Shown here piece by piece: positions 11,717 to 26,681 of a stretch of DNA of 64,000 nt; the stretch's first letter is position 1, and the number at the start of each line of letters is the position of its first letter. The notes beneath the pieces are model-generated. The model saw only the letters and a program-made list of their open reading frames with translations, did not search any database and was not told the DNA's origin. The position numbers and the translations under genes are program-made. The DNA comes from Chrysomallon squamiferum. Its lineage: Eukaryota; Animalia; Mollusca. The DNA lies in the NCBI GenBank assembly GCA_012295275.1, contig CM022670.1:16368001-16432000 (forward strand), read 5' to 3'.

Positions 11717-14700
11717 ATGGCCACCAAAACAGATGGGGATTGTGCCAGTGCCATATATCATAGACAGAGAAGTAACAGTGATCCTCAGCCTGCAGTAGAA
11801 GTTTTGAGTACAAATATTCTTAACACAGAGAAAGATAAATACAATACGTTAAAGGAAAAATCAGGTACAGAATTCCTATTTTTCTTGTAAGCCAACGCCC
11901 TTAACCTAAGCCAGGCGCAGGAATAACTCAGTAAGATTCAGATTGATTCATGAGATATATATTTGTGTTCATTAGTTGCAAGCTCCGAAATCATTTTTTT
12001 CATTATGAACTTGTTAAAAAATGGCAGATCCAAATCATCAAACAAAGCTGAAATATTACCTACACTGTATAGTGTATGCACACATTTATGTTTGAGTGTG
12101 TGTGTCTACCCCTTGTTATTTTCAGGCACGACGGATAGAGGTTTATTGAGTATTTTGCTATATATTTTTGTTTTAATGCTAATGCAGATACAAAAAAGGT
12201 CACACAACACTTATAAACCCACATTTACTTGTCAAACATAATAAATCAACCAGTTTTCCCAACAATAACAGAGGAACTTCCTCAGGAAGTAAGATACCCA
12301 CACACTGCAATAACTGATTAACTGGTGTTCATCAACTTCATGCTAAAAAAACACTTAACTGTTGTCACTATCAACGATTTTGATAATAAATTATTTTGAT
12401 AACTGACAGGTAATTTCAGTATATAACAAAGATTTGAGAAAAATCCTAATAGAAAAAGCTTAACAAAAATAAACTATTCATTAGATTTAGAGCATAACTT
12501 TGTATAGAACTTCTGTTGTTTCAGATATGAACACAGTTGTTCACAATCTTAATTAATTGAGTTTTAGTTATTTTTAAGATTACAGTAAAAACAACAATGA
12601 AAGGTTTATAGAGAAAACCATTTTTTCCTTTGCTTTATATAGTATACCAAATGATTTTGGCCAATTTTGTTTTTGTTTTATGCAGAAATATAATTTATGA
12701 GTTCAGAAAATAAGTAATGAAAACCATTCTCTATGCATTGTAAAAATTATGGCAAATAAATACATCAGTGGATGTTTATTACAATATAGTGTCATAAACT
12801 ATTTATTTTATTATATTTTGTCTTCATAATATTTTATTTCATGTTTGCCCTCAAACATCTATTGTATATGATTTATGATGCAGTTCAAGTTAATATTGAG
12901 ACTTCAAATAGATGCACAAACAATCATTTTAGGAAACCCTAATTATTCTGAAATTTTTTTTATAATTAGTTTAATATTCTTAACTGTCAAGCAGTACATA
13001 CATATATCAAAATGCAAACACCAACAACTAACTTTAACTATAAAAAAAAAAAAGTTCTGAAAATGTATTAATATAAAGATAAATATATTTAAAAGATAAA
13101 TAATGGAACAGTTATATTTGAAGAGAAACGGAATATTTGGACAAAATTATTTGTATAAAATGTAAATACTGTCATAACTATTTATGGATAAAAATATGCA
13201 ACGATTTTATTTATTTTTCTATTATATATTTGAATTATGTACTCTAGTATATTTCTTACCATGACATTCATTTTGTATTTATACGACAAATATTAACTTC
13301 TAGGAATATGTGAACATATTTATGGTTTTTTATTTTTTCTACAGATGAGTTGGAGACTTCTGTATTTTAACATTTTAATTTACATTTATATTTTGTTATA
13401 TTAGCATGTACTAGTTGTACTATGTTTATACTTCATAGTCTGTAGTGTAGCATAACTGAAACATCTCTTGGTGTTACTAATCTTAATGAATTCTGTGATC
13501 ATGAAGTCCTATGTGGCCTGTATGCTTCCAGCATGTCCATAATGTACTCTGTGGAATAATCATTCAAGGTGTTATATGTATGGACCAGGACCTTGTACTT
13601 TATCCTACAGTGGACAGGCAACCAGTGGAGCTTCTTCAGTACTGTGATGTGATGTCCTGGTCACAATGCGTGCTGCTGTGTTCTGGACATGTTGTAGTTT
13701 GTTAAGCAATGTGCTGGGCAAACCGTGTAGTAGTCCATTGCAATTGTCCAGTCATGATGTCACAATTCCATTCACCAGTGTTTTGGGTCATCACTGGTCA
13801 GACACTGCATGATTCTGCCAATCTTCTGTAGCTGAGCTTAGCAGTACTGACATATTGCATTCACTTGATGCTCCATAGTCATTGTAGAATTTGAACATAA
13901 CACTGAGATTTCTCACACATGGTACTGACATTATGGAGGCATCACCCACAATAACTGATATGGTCTCAGGTCCTTTGAATTATATTTAGAAGTGAAAATC
14001 ATCACTTCAGTCTTGTCAGTATTCAGCTTCAGCAGGTTCATGGCTTTGGCTAGAGCTTCCTGTTGAATGCTGTCATCTCTTGGTTTGGATGCCTGCTCCA
14101 GTTTTGTGTCATCAGCATAGAAATGGTATCAGTTGCATGCCTTTTTCTGAAATAAATTTACCATAATTTTTGAAAATTCATAAGATAATTTCTGTGATAA
14201 TACAAGTCAGTATCAGCAGTATTTCAGATGATTATCACTGACTATTTAAACAAAATGTGATAATGAAAACACTAATATAAAAATGAAACAAACAGATAGC
14301 AAATGTTTTCATGCAAAATATGTTCAGTATTTTCTTCCTTCTCTTAAGCCATTGTGAAATCAATCAAAAACTGATTATTTAATTTTGTGGAAGTCCTTCT
14401 GTTTGTGTGTCTTCTGTTTGGTTTTCATTTTATCACAAAGTCATAGCCGTTTAATTTAAAACATGTCCCATGGAACAAAACTGGTGAAAATTGTATTCTG
14501 CATGGTGAATTTATTTTCAACCTGGGCAGCATTTCATTTGGAGCATGGAAACTGAGTTGTGCAGAAGCTAGTTATTGAAAGCTCAGATTAATAAATTTGT
14601 TCTTATGTGATTTATCAGTTCCAAAAAATAATTATAAAATGTTAAAGACAAGCCTTTCATAAATTAATTTGAAAAATAAATAAAAAATAAAGCAACTCTT

Positions 14701-17367
14701 GCTTCTGTTTTACTGAGATTTTGTTGTTAAAGAACAGGCAAAAAAAAAAATTATATTTAAGAATTAGGAAGCAGATTTATTTTTTATTTTTATGTAGAAT
14801 ATCGCAGAATATAACAAAATTATTTATTTATAATTTAATAATTATCGTGGCAGTTGTGAGGATTTAAAAAAATTAATAATCATACATGTTTAGTAAAAAT
14901 ATTAAAAATTATATGGCCATTATCCTGTGGCTTATTTGGCAGTACTTTGATGACTTATGTTTTCTTTGAGATTTTGAATTTTCAACTAGAGATATAGATT
15001 ACAGTTCATAGTTAGTCCTTCTTTTTTGGGTTATTCTTTTAAACATTTTAATGTATTATAGTGTTTTAATACGTTAGTGCTTAGGATTAGCTCCCTTGAA
15101 CTAGAATTTAAAAATGTATGATATTACTTTTTCTGGAAGCTTTTTAATAATAATAAATAATAGTAATAGTAGAAATTAAAGGAAGAAAAAAATACTTTAA
15201 GAGATAATTCATTTATTTATTTGTGTGTTTTTTTTCATTATGCATAAGCAAATGTGTTGATACTTATTTGAAATGTTTTATTTAGTTTTAATATTATTTA
15301 ATTTTGTTTTAAGTTGGTGCAAAATGGAAAGAATCCAAAGGATACTTTGATCGTGAGTAAATCCTGAGTTGAGTTAACATTTTACTAACACAGTTTGTTT
15401 TGTAGAACAGGATATTAACCCAAACACTTTGTTCTTGCACTCTTTTTTACATTTGTTGGATGGGCTTTTCCCACCTTTGAAAGCAAATTTGTTTGTTCCA
15501 CTTCAGAAACTCTTTTCAGTTATCATTTTTTGTATTTGAAATAATTTTTATCATTCTCACTGTAAATGAAATCTTTGTCAGAGTTTTCTATGATCAGCAA
15601 TAACTTGAAATAAATGGTGTATTATTAGCTGTTAATTAATCTTTTAAATACAGACTACTGTTAGTATTGTATGGGCAGACTATGGACAAGATATGGACAT
15701 ATAAGCACTGTTGTGCATTTGGTATGTTAATGATAATAAGATCCATGAAAGCAAAGATAGAAATAAAATGAGCACTATATCTATCAGTCATGAGATTAAA
15801 GATAGTTATTATATAAATGAGAATTATGCAACATCTAGAAGATATTGGTTTTATTACTAATCATGGCAATTAAGGTTCTGAGATAAGAAAATTAATAATA
15901 CTATAAAAATTTAGGGTTTTTTCGACACACTATGATAGTGATCAGACAACTCTCTCTGGAAATATAACTCTTTTGATATAAACAATACTGTAATATGCTG
16001 TATGTGTCAGTAATGATTGTTTATTATTGACTCAACAGTTAGTACAAATATGTATAAAGGCAAAGTAGATGTTTCTACTCCAGAATTTTCAAAGAGGGAC
16101 AAACATGACGTACATCATAACCCAAATGTTTGGGGAAGGAATGATGTGGTCCAGTAGGGGAGGGGAAATTAATCTTTGAAAGAGTGTGTGTGTGTATGTG
16201 TGAGTAAAGTGAAATAAGGGAATTCTTTTGCACATGAATTTGAGACATAATGAGCTTTTTTCTCACATTTTTTAAAATCTGGCAAATTATTTGTGGTCAT
16301 GCTGTTGACTAAATTATTTTCCAGATTTAATCTGAAATATTTCTTATGCTGATTTTTAAAACTGAGTTCAAATGTGTGAATATTACTGTTTATTTAATAA
16401 TAAAATTACCTTTTCAGTAATATTCAGTTTAACTGTCGAAGTTCCGAAGTCATTTGCCCCATAGTTATAGGTTTAATATATACAATTAACATAGGCATAG
16501 TCAAGGGGAGATAATCACAATTTTATGTTTGTAGATAGAACTACAGTATTTTCCTGCTCAGTATGTTAATGCATTAATTTGCAGATTCAAATGGTAGATC
16601 AAGACAGAGGATAGAATATGAAACTTGAACTAAATGAATTTTAGGTTCAAAATAAATGTAAAAGTATTGTTGCATACAAAAAAAGTATTAAATATACCAA
16701 GGAAAAAGATATTTTGTGAAAAAAAAAAAAACACTGTGAAGAAAGCTGCATGAAATCTGATGCATGTATAATAGAAATGGGCAAAAGTGAAGCTAATTTA
16801 TGGTTAGAAAATATTTTCTCATTAGTACATATATAGTGTGGGGAATTGCAGCTGTTAACTTAGTGCATTGTTGAAGCAAGGACTTGAATCCTATAACTAG
16901 TTTAAACAATGAAAAAACTACAGTTTGGGTTGACTTCTAGGTCAGCAGGCCACAGGTTTGGTACATATTACTTACCACCTTTGAATTTGTATTTTTACTT
17001 ATGACAATATGTTTTTGCTCAGAGGCAATATTAAATCATATGTTTATCAATGCAAACCTCTTACTGGTAAATCAAGTCTGTATAATAAAAGATTACAGTT
17101 GAATTAAGAGTAAAACTGATTATTCAAGGAAACTGAAGACAGGACAAACAGCATAGAATATCAACATAATATATGATCATATGAATCATGGGTAATAGTA
17201 GATACTGTTTTCCAGATTAGACAGGGTTTTGTTCATAATAGTTTAACAACAGCAGGACTGAACTTTGAAATGGTGCTGGTTTACACAGAGATCCAGATTA
17301 GTCAAAGGCCAGTTTCCACAAAGTCCACTGTTTGTTTGTGTGTGTTTGCTATGAATAAGTATATGTG

Positions 17368-17416
<49 letters not shown>

Positions 17417-19120
17417 CAAAGGAGATAAAGGAATATATATGCTGTCTGTTTTGCAAAATTATGCATTTAGTCAATCAGTTCATGTTTGCTTGAACCAAAA
17501 TATTACTGCTGTTAATTTTTGCTATTAATTTTTATCAGAAAACTTAGCTTTAGGAAATATTTTAATGGCACTGAATACTGTTATAGTATTAATTGATAAG
17601 ATTTATGTTTGATGCATGACTTTGAAGTAAAAAATTTACACAATTCAATAATAAAAGTAGATTGTTTTTCTTTTTTTATGCTAAAAATTTAGCCTAAAGA
17701 AATACAATGAAATATTATTAAGCCAAATATAGTTTTACCAACAGAGATATTTTCATATGTTACATCAGATATTGTTCATTTTATTACCAAAGTATGAAAG
17801 CTTTTGATTTTTTAAAACTTATTAATTAACTTTTTTTTTGGCTTTTTTTTAATGCTCCATTCATTTAACATATTGAAATCAACTATCACAATAAAACATT
17901 TGTTTCATTTATATATCAGTTTTGTTGTTTGGCAGTATGTACCATAATACATTTTTCAACAAGTAATGATCTGATTGTGGAAATTAAAAACACTCATGAT
18001 ATTTCAATCTGGATTACCATATGTGTTAAACTCAGTGAAAATTTAATTATTTAGAAATGAATAAAGGAAGCTTTTTAATTAACAGATAATGAATCCAGAG
18101 TTTTCAAACCAATAAATGTATCAGATTATATATTAAGTATATTAAATCCATTAAATTTAATGTAGAAGTATCTAGCATGTGTATACAGAATTTCATTATA
18201 CAGGACTAGTATCAGGTGTAGCTATCAGTATAACACAGTGCTTTTCAAAGATGAGAATTATAATTTACTTACCTTCTTTAAATTGCTGATGACAGTAATA
18301 CAAGCTATGTATGTTTGTGCTCCATCAAGTTCATTGTGTAATCAGTGCACTTTAACATTTCCTCTGTTTTTGGAATATTTTCAAACAGAATTGTGCTGAA
18401 GAGGTCATACTGATGGAGACAGGTTGTGTTATCACCTTTTGTCAGTATGAGTTAGAGCTGGAAGGTCATGTGATTCTGCCCAGTGAACCTACACTGGGTG
18501 ACATTTACCCTTAGGGTGTACTATTTCATTGTGCTTTGAACTCTGGAAGCACTGCCATTGACAGTGAAGGTAGATGTTGTGCATTTAAGCCTGTAGTCAC
18601 GTCACACAACCATCAAACAGGAGTGGACTTTTAAAAATCACTGGCCAGAATAACCTGGCCTCTTTATTTACACTGACACAGATACAGTGTGTAACCATCC
18701 TGCATCTTATCACAGTGTGTTCTAACTGAAACTCATGGTACGTTTACGTAGAAGGAAAAAGAAGAAAGGTACGGTATACAATTTTTGTAAATATCTCTTT
18801 GACACCTGTTGATGAAATTTAATTGGGTCAGTTTACTTACTAAACTTGTGTCGCTTTTTGAATATGTTACAACATAAGCTTGTTAAAATTAAGTTCTTTT
18901 CAAATATTTGTTGATTTTTAATACTGTTTAAACTAGTTATTAAATCAGGTGTTACTGTGAGAGGAGCTGTCACAGTATTACATACTTTCTTTTTTAAAAA
19001 GAAATAAATGCCACTTCATAACTGTATTCAGTGCTGTGGGTGTGTATGGGTGTGGGAATTTGTGCTTGTGTTATATATGGTCAAGTTTAAACACACACAC
19101 ACATATCGTGTGTGTGTATA

Positions 19121-19161
<41 letters not shown>

Positions 19162-22001
19162 ACTGTCAGTTCTATTCTTTGTTATTTCACTTTATTATTT
19201 TTATATCATCAGATTGTTTCAAAAAACATAACTAGGTCATCTCATCAAGAGTAGATAGCAAATCATATTTGTTAAAACATATTGTAATACATGATTCAAA
19301 GGAAATTCACCTTATTTTTCAAATTTGTTCTTAAATTTATTTTTGGGTTAAAATATATAATCTTTTATATAAAATGTTCACACTTTTTACTTGATAAAGA
19401 ATTTATGTGTATATATGTATATTTTAAAACTAAAGTTCATCTACTGTTTATTTGTTTCATAACTGACCATAAATGCAGCAAACACAGAGTACTGACAAAA
19501 ATTTCTAACAAGTGGATTTTAAAAACAAAGTACTATCTTTCCCTGATTAAGGCTTGTTAGTTGTTATTTTAATCCAAGTACAAACAAGCAGGATATTTCC
19601 TGCTGTAATCTCTGTAAACTATTAGCTCTTAAAAACTCATCTTTCTCATGCCACAGTCACATGACCCTTGTTCACTGTACTGGGGATGTTATTATTATTT
19701 TTTTATATTCTGTATTGTATTAATCTGATAGTGCAGAAATCCTTTTGATAAAACATTTGGTTTTGGCCAGTACCATAATACAAGTATGAGTAACTGTTAA
19801 CCTTTGATAAATAATGTAACTGTTTCAGTCTTGTCATTATTTCTGCAAGGAAAAAAGTACAGATTTTAGGAATGTGTAATCAAAATGAAAGGGTGTTTCA
19901 TGGTCCACTGACTGACAGAACTAAAGCTGTGTTATGTGCATTCTTGTCTGCCAAAATATATATATGTAAAGGATCTGTCGCTACAGTTGGTGAACTGTGC
20001 ATGGTGCTTTTAATCATATGTTTTTTCATCATATAAAAATTTTATACTCGGTACCTGTTAACTAATTTTACATATCTTGAGGAGTCACAGAATAAACATT
20101 CATTATCTGCCTAATGGCAGAACAAGAAGAATTAGACGTTGTCAAACCCATAGAAATCAGTAGTTAAACATCAAACACACACACACACACACACACAACA
20201 CACACACAGACAGACACATAGAAAGCAAATAAATGTATTATTGCAGAGCTTGTTATTTACTTTAATGCATATTTACTATCTGTATCCTGTTGTGTTCACT
20301 TAATGAAAAGTTTACATTTAACTTCATGAATATCTATAACACTACATTAGAATTTCATCTGATATGAACCCCCTTTCAGATCTGCAGTCTTTAAATTGGG
20401 TTACTTTTCCAAAACAAAACTATAAAGATTAAAAATGATAAATCAGTAATCAGAGAATAATAAGGCATTTTTATTTTTCTCTCTTCTATTATTTTTAAAA
20501 GACCTCACATAAATTAATATTAACTGAACAAAAATATTCCAGCAGTTAAGTTTAGAAAAATATTATTTTTGCAGTGAATTATGATTTAGGGCACAAACAC
20601 AGACAGTACTGCATATAGATTATGTAATGCAGATGTTGGTTTTAAATGAACATAAGCATCTGTCAGATGATAATGTTGCATTTTCATTGGTAATATGTAT
20701 TTAACCCCCACAGAAAAACAACAATGGATGTGTCATCAGTGTTGACGGTTGTTGTTTTAATGGCTTTACAATATTTGGCCTATGACAGTGAACAACTGCA
20801 GACTAACATTTAGGAAAGGACTTTGATCTTGAATTTTTAATATATCTTCCATAATTTGAATATTATATCCTCATGTGTGAAATGCCAGGTAAATTTTATT
20901 ATAAAAATATTACCTTTGATTTTATTTTTACTATTGTTTACTAATTATTTATATATTATATATATCTTACAGTAATTATAATTGGTGATGTTTAACAACC
21001 TTATTACATGATGTATAAATAATTCTGATTATTTTAGGAAAAATAACTTGGATAGCAGCATTTGCTAAAACAAAATCTCTACTTTCATGTCATGTCCTGT
21101 GTTGTGTTGACATTTAATCTTTATGTTAAATTTATTAAAATTAGTCATACTATTAATCATTATGTATGCATACCTTCATGTTGGGAAACAGTAGTATCAG
21201 GTTGCACTCAATATGTTTCCATCTATAAAAAATATATACATTATTTGTAAAACATTTGCTCTCATTTTGTGGTGGGTGGGGGAGAAAAGCAATATCATGA
21301 TTATTACATATTTAAAAAAAAACATTTCAGTTACTTTGTGATTATTGCCATTCAATTTTTGTGCCATTTATGGTGTATTTATAAATTCTTCTTGTAATAT
21401 GTAAGAAATAATTTTCGCAAAAATACTTGTTGATTTAAGTTACCTATAATCTTTTTTTTGTTTGTTTTCACAGCCATCATTTTTTAAATATATGTTAAAA
21501 GTCATTAACAAATAATTTTTAAAAAGTGTTCACCTAACCTTGCATTTTTGCATTAGGACACAAAACTTGTTAGATAATTCATTAATGTTGAGTAAATAGT
21601 TAAAACAAATACCAAATGGTTAAACTGGTCCTGCTGAAACAAATGGAATAATACATTTGACTAGTTTTTTATATTTTGGCTGAAATAATAAAAAAAAAAA
21701 AGATTAAAGAGATCATTTTCAGATAGAGTTGTTGAAGGACTAGAAACAGTAGTGAGAAAACAAGGAGAATGTAAAAGATTTCACTCTACCTGACTGAAAA
21801 TAATTCATGGCAGAATGTTTAAGTGTGCGTGTCAAGCCAGCGTTGCCATTTTTAACTAAACTTTTGCACCTTCATAATTGATCCTGACATTTCTTTAACA
21901 AAGAACATAACTGAAATTGCAGGAGATTCCCCAGGAATTTTAAGATTTTGATGGAGGTGTAGTCTAAGCAGAGAAAGTGTGAATGAATAACATACATTGG
22001 T

Positions 22002-22039
<38 letters not shown>

Positions 22040-23641
22040 CATTTTCTAATGCTGTAGAAATATTGTACCTCAAATTTGGTTTTGAATCAAACCTTTTTTT
22101 ACAAGTTCTTAAATGCTCACAAAAAAAAAAAAGAGAAAAAAAAAGGCCTGTGTTTTCTGCATTTTACCTGGAGTTGACCAAAATGAATCTTCTTCAAGGC
22201 ACTGTTACATATTTTTTTTAGTAATGTGCTAATAAAGCTTTCACATTAATTATAAACATGTCTGTGAATGAATACTTAAAAGGAAGTATGTTTTCTTCAT
22301 TCGTATGAAACAACTTTTATATGTGGCATTGAACAAACAACTGAAATTATGTTTGTGAAGGAAGATATTTTGAAGAAGATATGGTTAATTCTGATTAGTA
22401 TCCATGTCATAAGAAATAGAGATGATTTAAAATATATGTGCATGTATAAACAATGAGCTATTGCACTATAGCTGATTATGTATTTTGTTCTTTTTGCATT
22501 CATTTTGATTAATTGGCTTCAATTGAACATTTTGTATTTACAGAATGGAGTTTTACACTATTTTCCAGGAAAGTAATGCACAAAGGTGAGGAAAGTTTCT
22601 CTTACAGTATATTCACTGAGGTGTATTTATGGCAAAATTTTAACAAATGTGTGTTTGTATGTCTGTCTGTCTAGATCTACATGAGTACATTTGGAGCTGC
22701 CCCTTTGTCCAGGTGTTTGGTTTTATTTAGAATTGGTAGTCTTCGCCAAAAATAATACTTAATAATATGATACCTCCACAGACCACTGGAAAAAAGAAAT
22801 TAACAACTTCATCATAACACATCCATCTTTAAAGTCCTGTCCATTTACTAAATCATTTATTCTAATATTTTCAATTTAGTCAGCATGTTTTTTTTAATAT
22901 TGCACTTCATTTTAGTAAAATTAATTACTAAATCAAAAGGATGTAGCAATTACATACCTATGTTATTAAATTATTTGCAGATTATAATTTTATTTAATTT
23001 TTTTTATTTTTTTTTTTTTATTATAAAAACTTTATAGCCACTTTTGTAGAATGTTTACATTGACTGTTTTATAGTTCATGGCAATATAAATATATCATGT
23101 TTACATCTTATCTTAATATTTATTACCATAACAAACATGATTGGTTGAATATTGAGACCTCAAGATTGACAACAAGATGGAGACACATGACTGATTTAAT
23201 TTTCATTTTATCGATGGTCAACAACTGTTCATTGTGTTTGACCTCATATGACTCTTACTCAAATTACCAGTTGTTATTGTAACAAAAACAAGAGTTTAAC
23301 TTTTCAATTTCTGAAGTGATTTTCTTTATAAGACCTTTTATTTTTTAATGTTATCTTGAGAATTTTACACAACTGTTATCACAATAATGGACACAGATGA
23401 TCATAGTTACAGTCATTTATTTCAGTGATTGTTTTTTAATAAGTCACTCATTCTTGGAAACAGCATAAAAATTATAATTTATCTATTTAATTTTTAAAAT
23501 AAATGTTTAGAACAATGTTGTTATCTACAGTAAGAGGAAACAATGTTGATTGAATGGTTTGGCTATAGTTTGTTTTTGTTGCAGATGTTAACATTCTTAA
23601 TTATTAGATATATAATTATCTTTTACAAACCTGTTTGGTGG

Positions 23642-23674
<33 letters not shown>

Positions 23675-23675
23675 G

Positions 23676-23722
<47 letters not shown>

Positions 23723-24608
23723 TCACACAAACTGGTTTGTAAAAGATGATTTTAAGATGGTAAAGAAATAAATAATATTTTCAGTGAGTTGAGTTACTTG
23801 GCATAGTCTGCATTCCTAACCTGACACTGATCTTCGTTGTCCTTTGTCATTAGTCAGAGGACAGGAAGAAGTTACCATAAATGTGTAAATGAATGAAATA
23901 CACAACATATAGGAATAATACAAGTCTATAAAAACTGTAAAACATGGTGAAAGGGAAAATTTATTTTTATAAGATACAATCTGAAATTCTTACTATACCA
24001 TGCTTTACTTTTCTACATGAATTTTTTTTTTTTTTTTTTTTTTTTTAAAGTGGTGAAAATGTAAAAATCATGAAAAGAGCAATTATAATAAAACTCAAAG
24101 CTGCTGTAAAAAGAATATTTTATGTGTTTTTTGCGAATCACTGGTCACATTACTACAACTTTTTAGTACAAGCACTTTTTTCTTTTATACATACCCCACC
24201 CTTTTTTAATGGCTTTGCACACTGTATTGTCATATTTATCATAACTAACAATTAGAGGTGGTCAGATATTTCTCTTAATTAGTTCTATGTATAGAAATAT
24301 AATTTCAGATGGAATATTTTTCCCATGAGTGTCTGTCCTCGTCATATCTAAATGGCCTGATGTTTTGTCCTGTTTATGAGGAAGTGACCTTAAGTTTATT
24401 TCTCAGCATTGCTAACCTACATTACTGAAAGTATGAGAAATCCTGCAGTTATTTTAGTCCGGGTTATTTAACTACATTTTGACCAGTTTATATGTATCAT
24501 TGTATTTAGTTTTTCAAATTCTTGGAAAAAAGGAAAGAATCATTTAAATTGAAAATTGAAGAAAGATGTAGACTGGATAATAAGAAAGAAACTGTCTTTA
24601 TGAAAAAA

Positions 24609-24658
<50 letters not shown>

Positions 24659-25200
24659 AATTTAATAAAAAGATATCTGTGGTCAGAAAATATTTTATAT
24701 ATTTTTTTCTAGTTTAACAAAAAAAATGTTTAATAAATATAAATTAAAAATAATTAGTTTAAAAATTATGGTTGCTTGTATAAAATTCATAGTTGAATCT
24801 TTTAAACTGAAGACTATGAGCGACAAGTTCTTTTCACTGTCAAGATGTGATCTGTTATATCAGCCAAGTGCAGAAAAATTACACATTGTTTGTTTAGTAT
24901 GAGGAAGTAACTCTGTGTCATCTGGTATAATCTCTGTCTATAAGGTGCATTATGACAATTTGTTATAAAAATAGCTTTTTCAACGTGTCAGAATAATTTA
25001 ATTTTTTTTTAATAAAACCTGGAAATCATTATTATTTAAAATAATAATAATTTCCAGGTTATATTAAAAAAAAATTATATTCAAATTAGATAAATAATTA
25101 ATATAATTGAAATGTATTCATGATTTTTGCAAAAAATAATTAAGTTAATAAAGTAAAATTGATAATTTGCATTTGCAAAAGAGAAAAAATAATAATAATG

Positions 25201-25233
<33 letters not shown>

Positions 25234-26644
25234 GTAATAATAATAATAAAAAATAAATGGCTAATTTCTTATGTGGGATAAAACATTTTCATTAAAAAAA
25301 AATTTATTTGAATTTATGGTTTAAATCAGTATGATATTATATCACCAAAAACACTTAAATTTAAATTCAAACAGTACGTAATAAGGTAAGTAATGTTGTA
25401 AAGCTAGCCTATCAGAGGAAATCTTTGCCTTTCACAACATTTTCTGTGGATTTGAAATATGATAATATCATTACTCACCTGTGAGATTTTTAAAATCATT
25501 TTTCAGATTACATTTTGTGTCTTAAAGAGGAAAGAAAAAAAGAACACTTCTTGACTTAAGCTTTGTGTCATTTTACATATTATACCTTTAGAACATTAAA
25601 AAATTACAAGACTAAGATATTCAATGACATATATAACAATGTGAATTGAAACTGCAAAAGTTTGGTAGAAGTTGATCGTATATATGTGTGTGTGTGTGTG
25701 TTTGTGCATCTCTGTGTGTGTCAAAGGATTATTTTTATTTATTTTTTTGCATTTGTATAAAAATTTAAAACTCTTTCATATTATAATAACTAATAATTAA
25801 GAATTAATCAGAATAGTGAATTTTACTTTGAAATGGATCTTCTGAAATATAACTATGTATAGTAAATATTTGTCTCTAAGTTTCCTTCTCACTTCAGTTT
25901 AGCTGTATAACTAACAATAAGATAAATGAACTATAAATATAACAGTAAATTATAATAGCAACAAGGCAATAATTAAAAAGTCAAACAAGGGCAAGTTTCA
26001 GTGTATTCTGTGTGTTAATTGAAATGTTTCAATGTATCTGGTTCACTGTTTTCTTTTATTTCAACTGGAATAATATCAACAATAATGTTGTGCTTATAGC
26101 TATTTTTTAACATTTTCAAAATACGGTTGTTGAGATTATATTATTATGATATATATAGAGGAGATATCTTGGGAGAGGTAATAAATATGAGTATATACGA
26201 CTAAGATATTTGAATTAAAAGATAGTGAAAGCAGTAAATAATTTTTGAAATAACAGACTTAGATAACTACGGATCTGTGGCAAGTAACTAAGTGACATTG
26301 TATTGTAAATTTTTGTTACATTAAGAATCTTTATTATTTAGACAAAATCACTAATTAAAATCTTGTATATTAAGAATTAACTAATAATTATTATTTTAAA
26401 AAGTGATTGTTATGATAAATAAAATTACCTGTTAGAATCATGTATGATTTTTGTCTGAAAGGTACTAATCTGCATGACTTTAAAAAAAATTAATCATTGT
26501 CAGTTATTTTATAAATATATAATTAATTTTGTTTCTTTTCTAAACATGTTATAATGCATTTAGAAATATTCATAATATTACTTTGAAAAACAAGGATGAA
26601 AATGTTTATTACAGAAACACTGTATAAACAAAATTTCTGTATAT

Positions 26645-26681
<37 letters not shown>

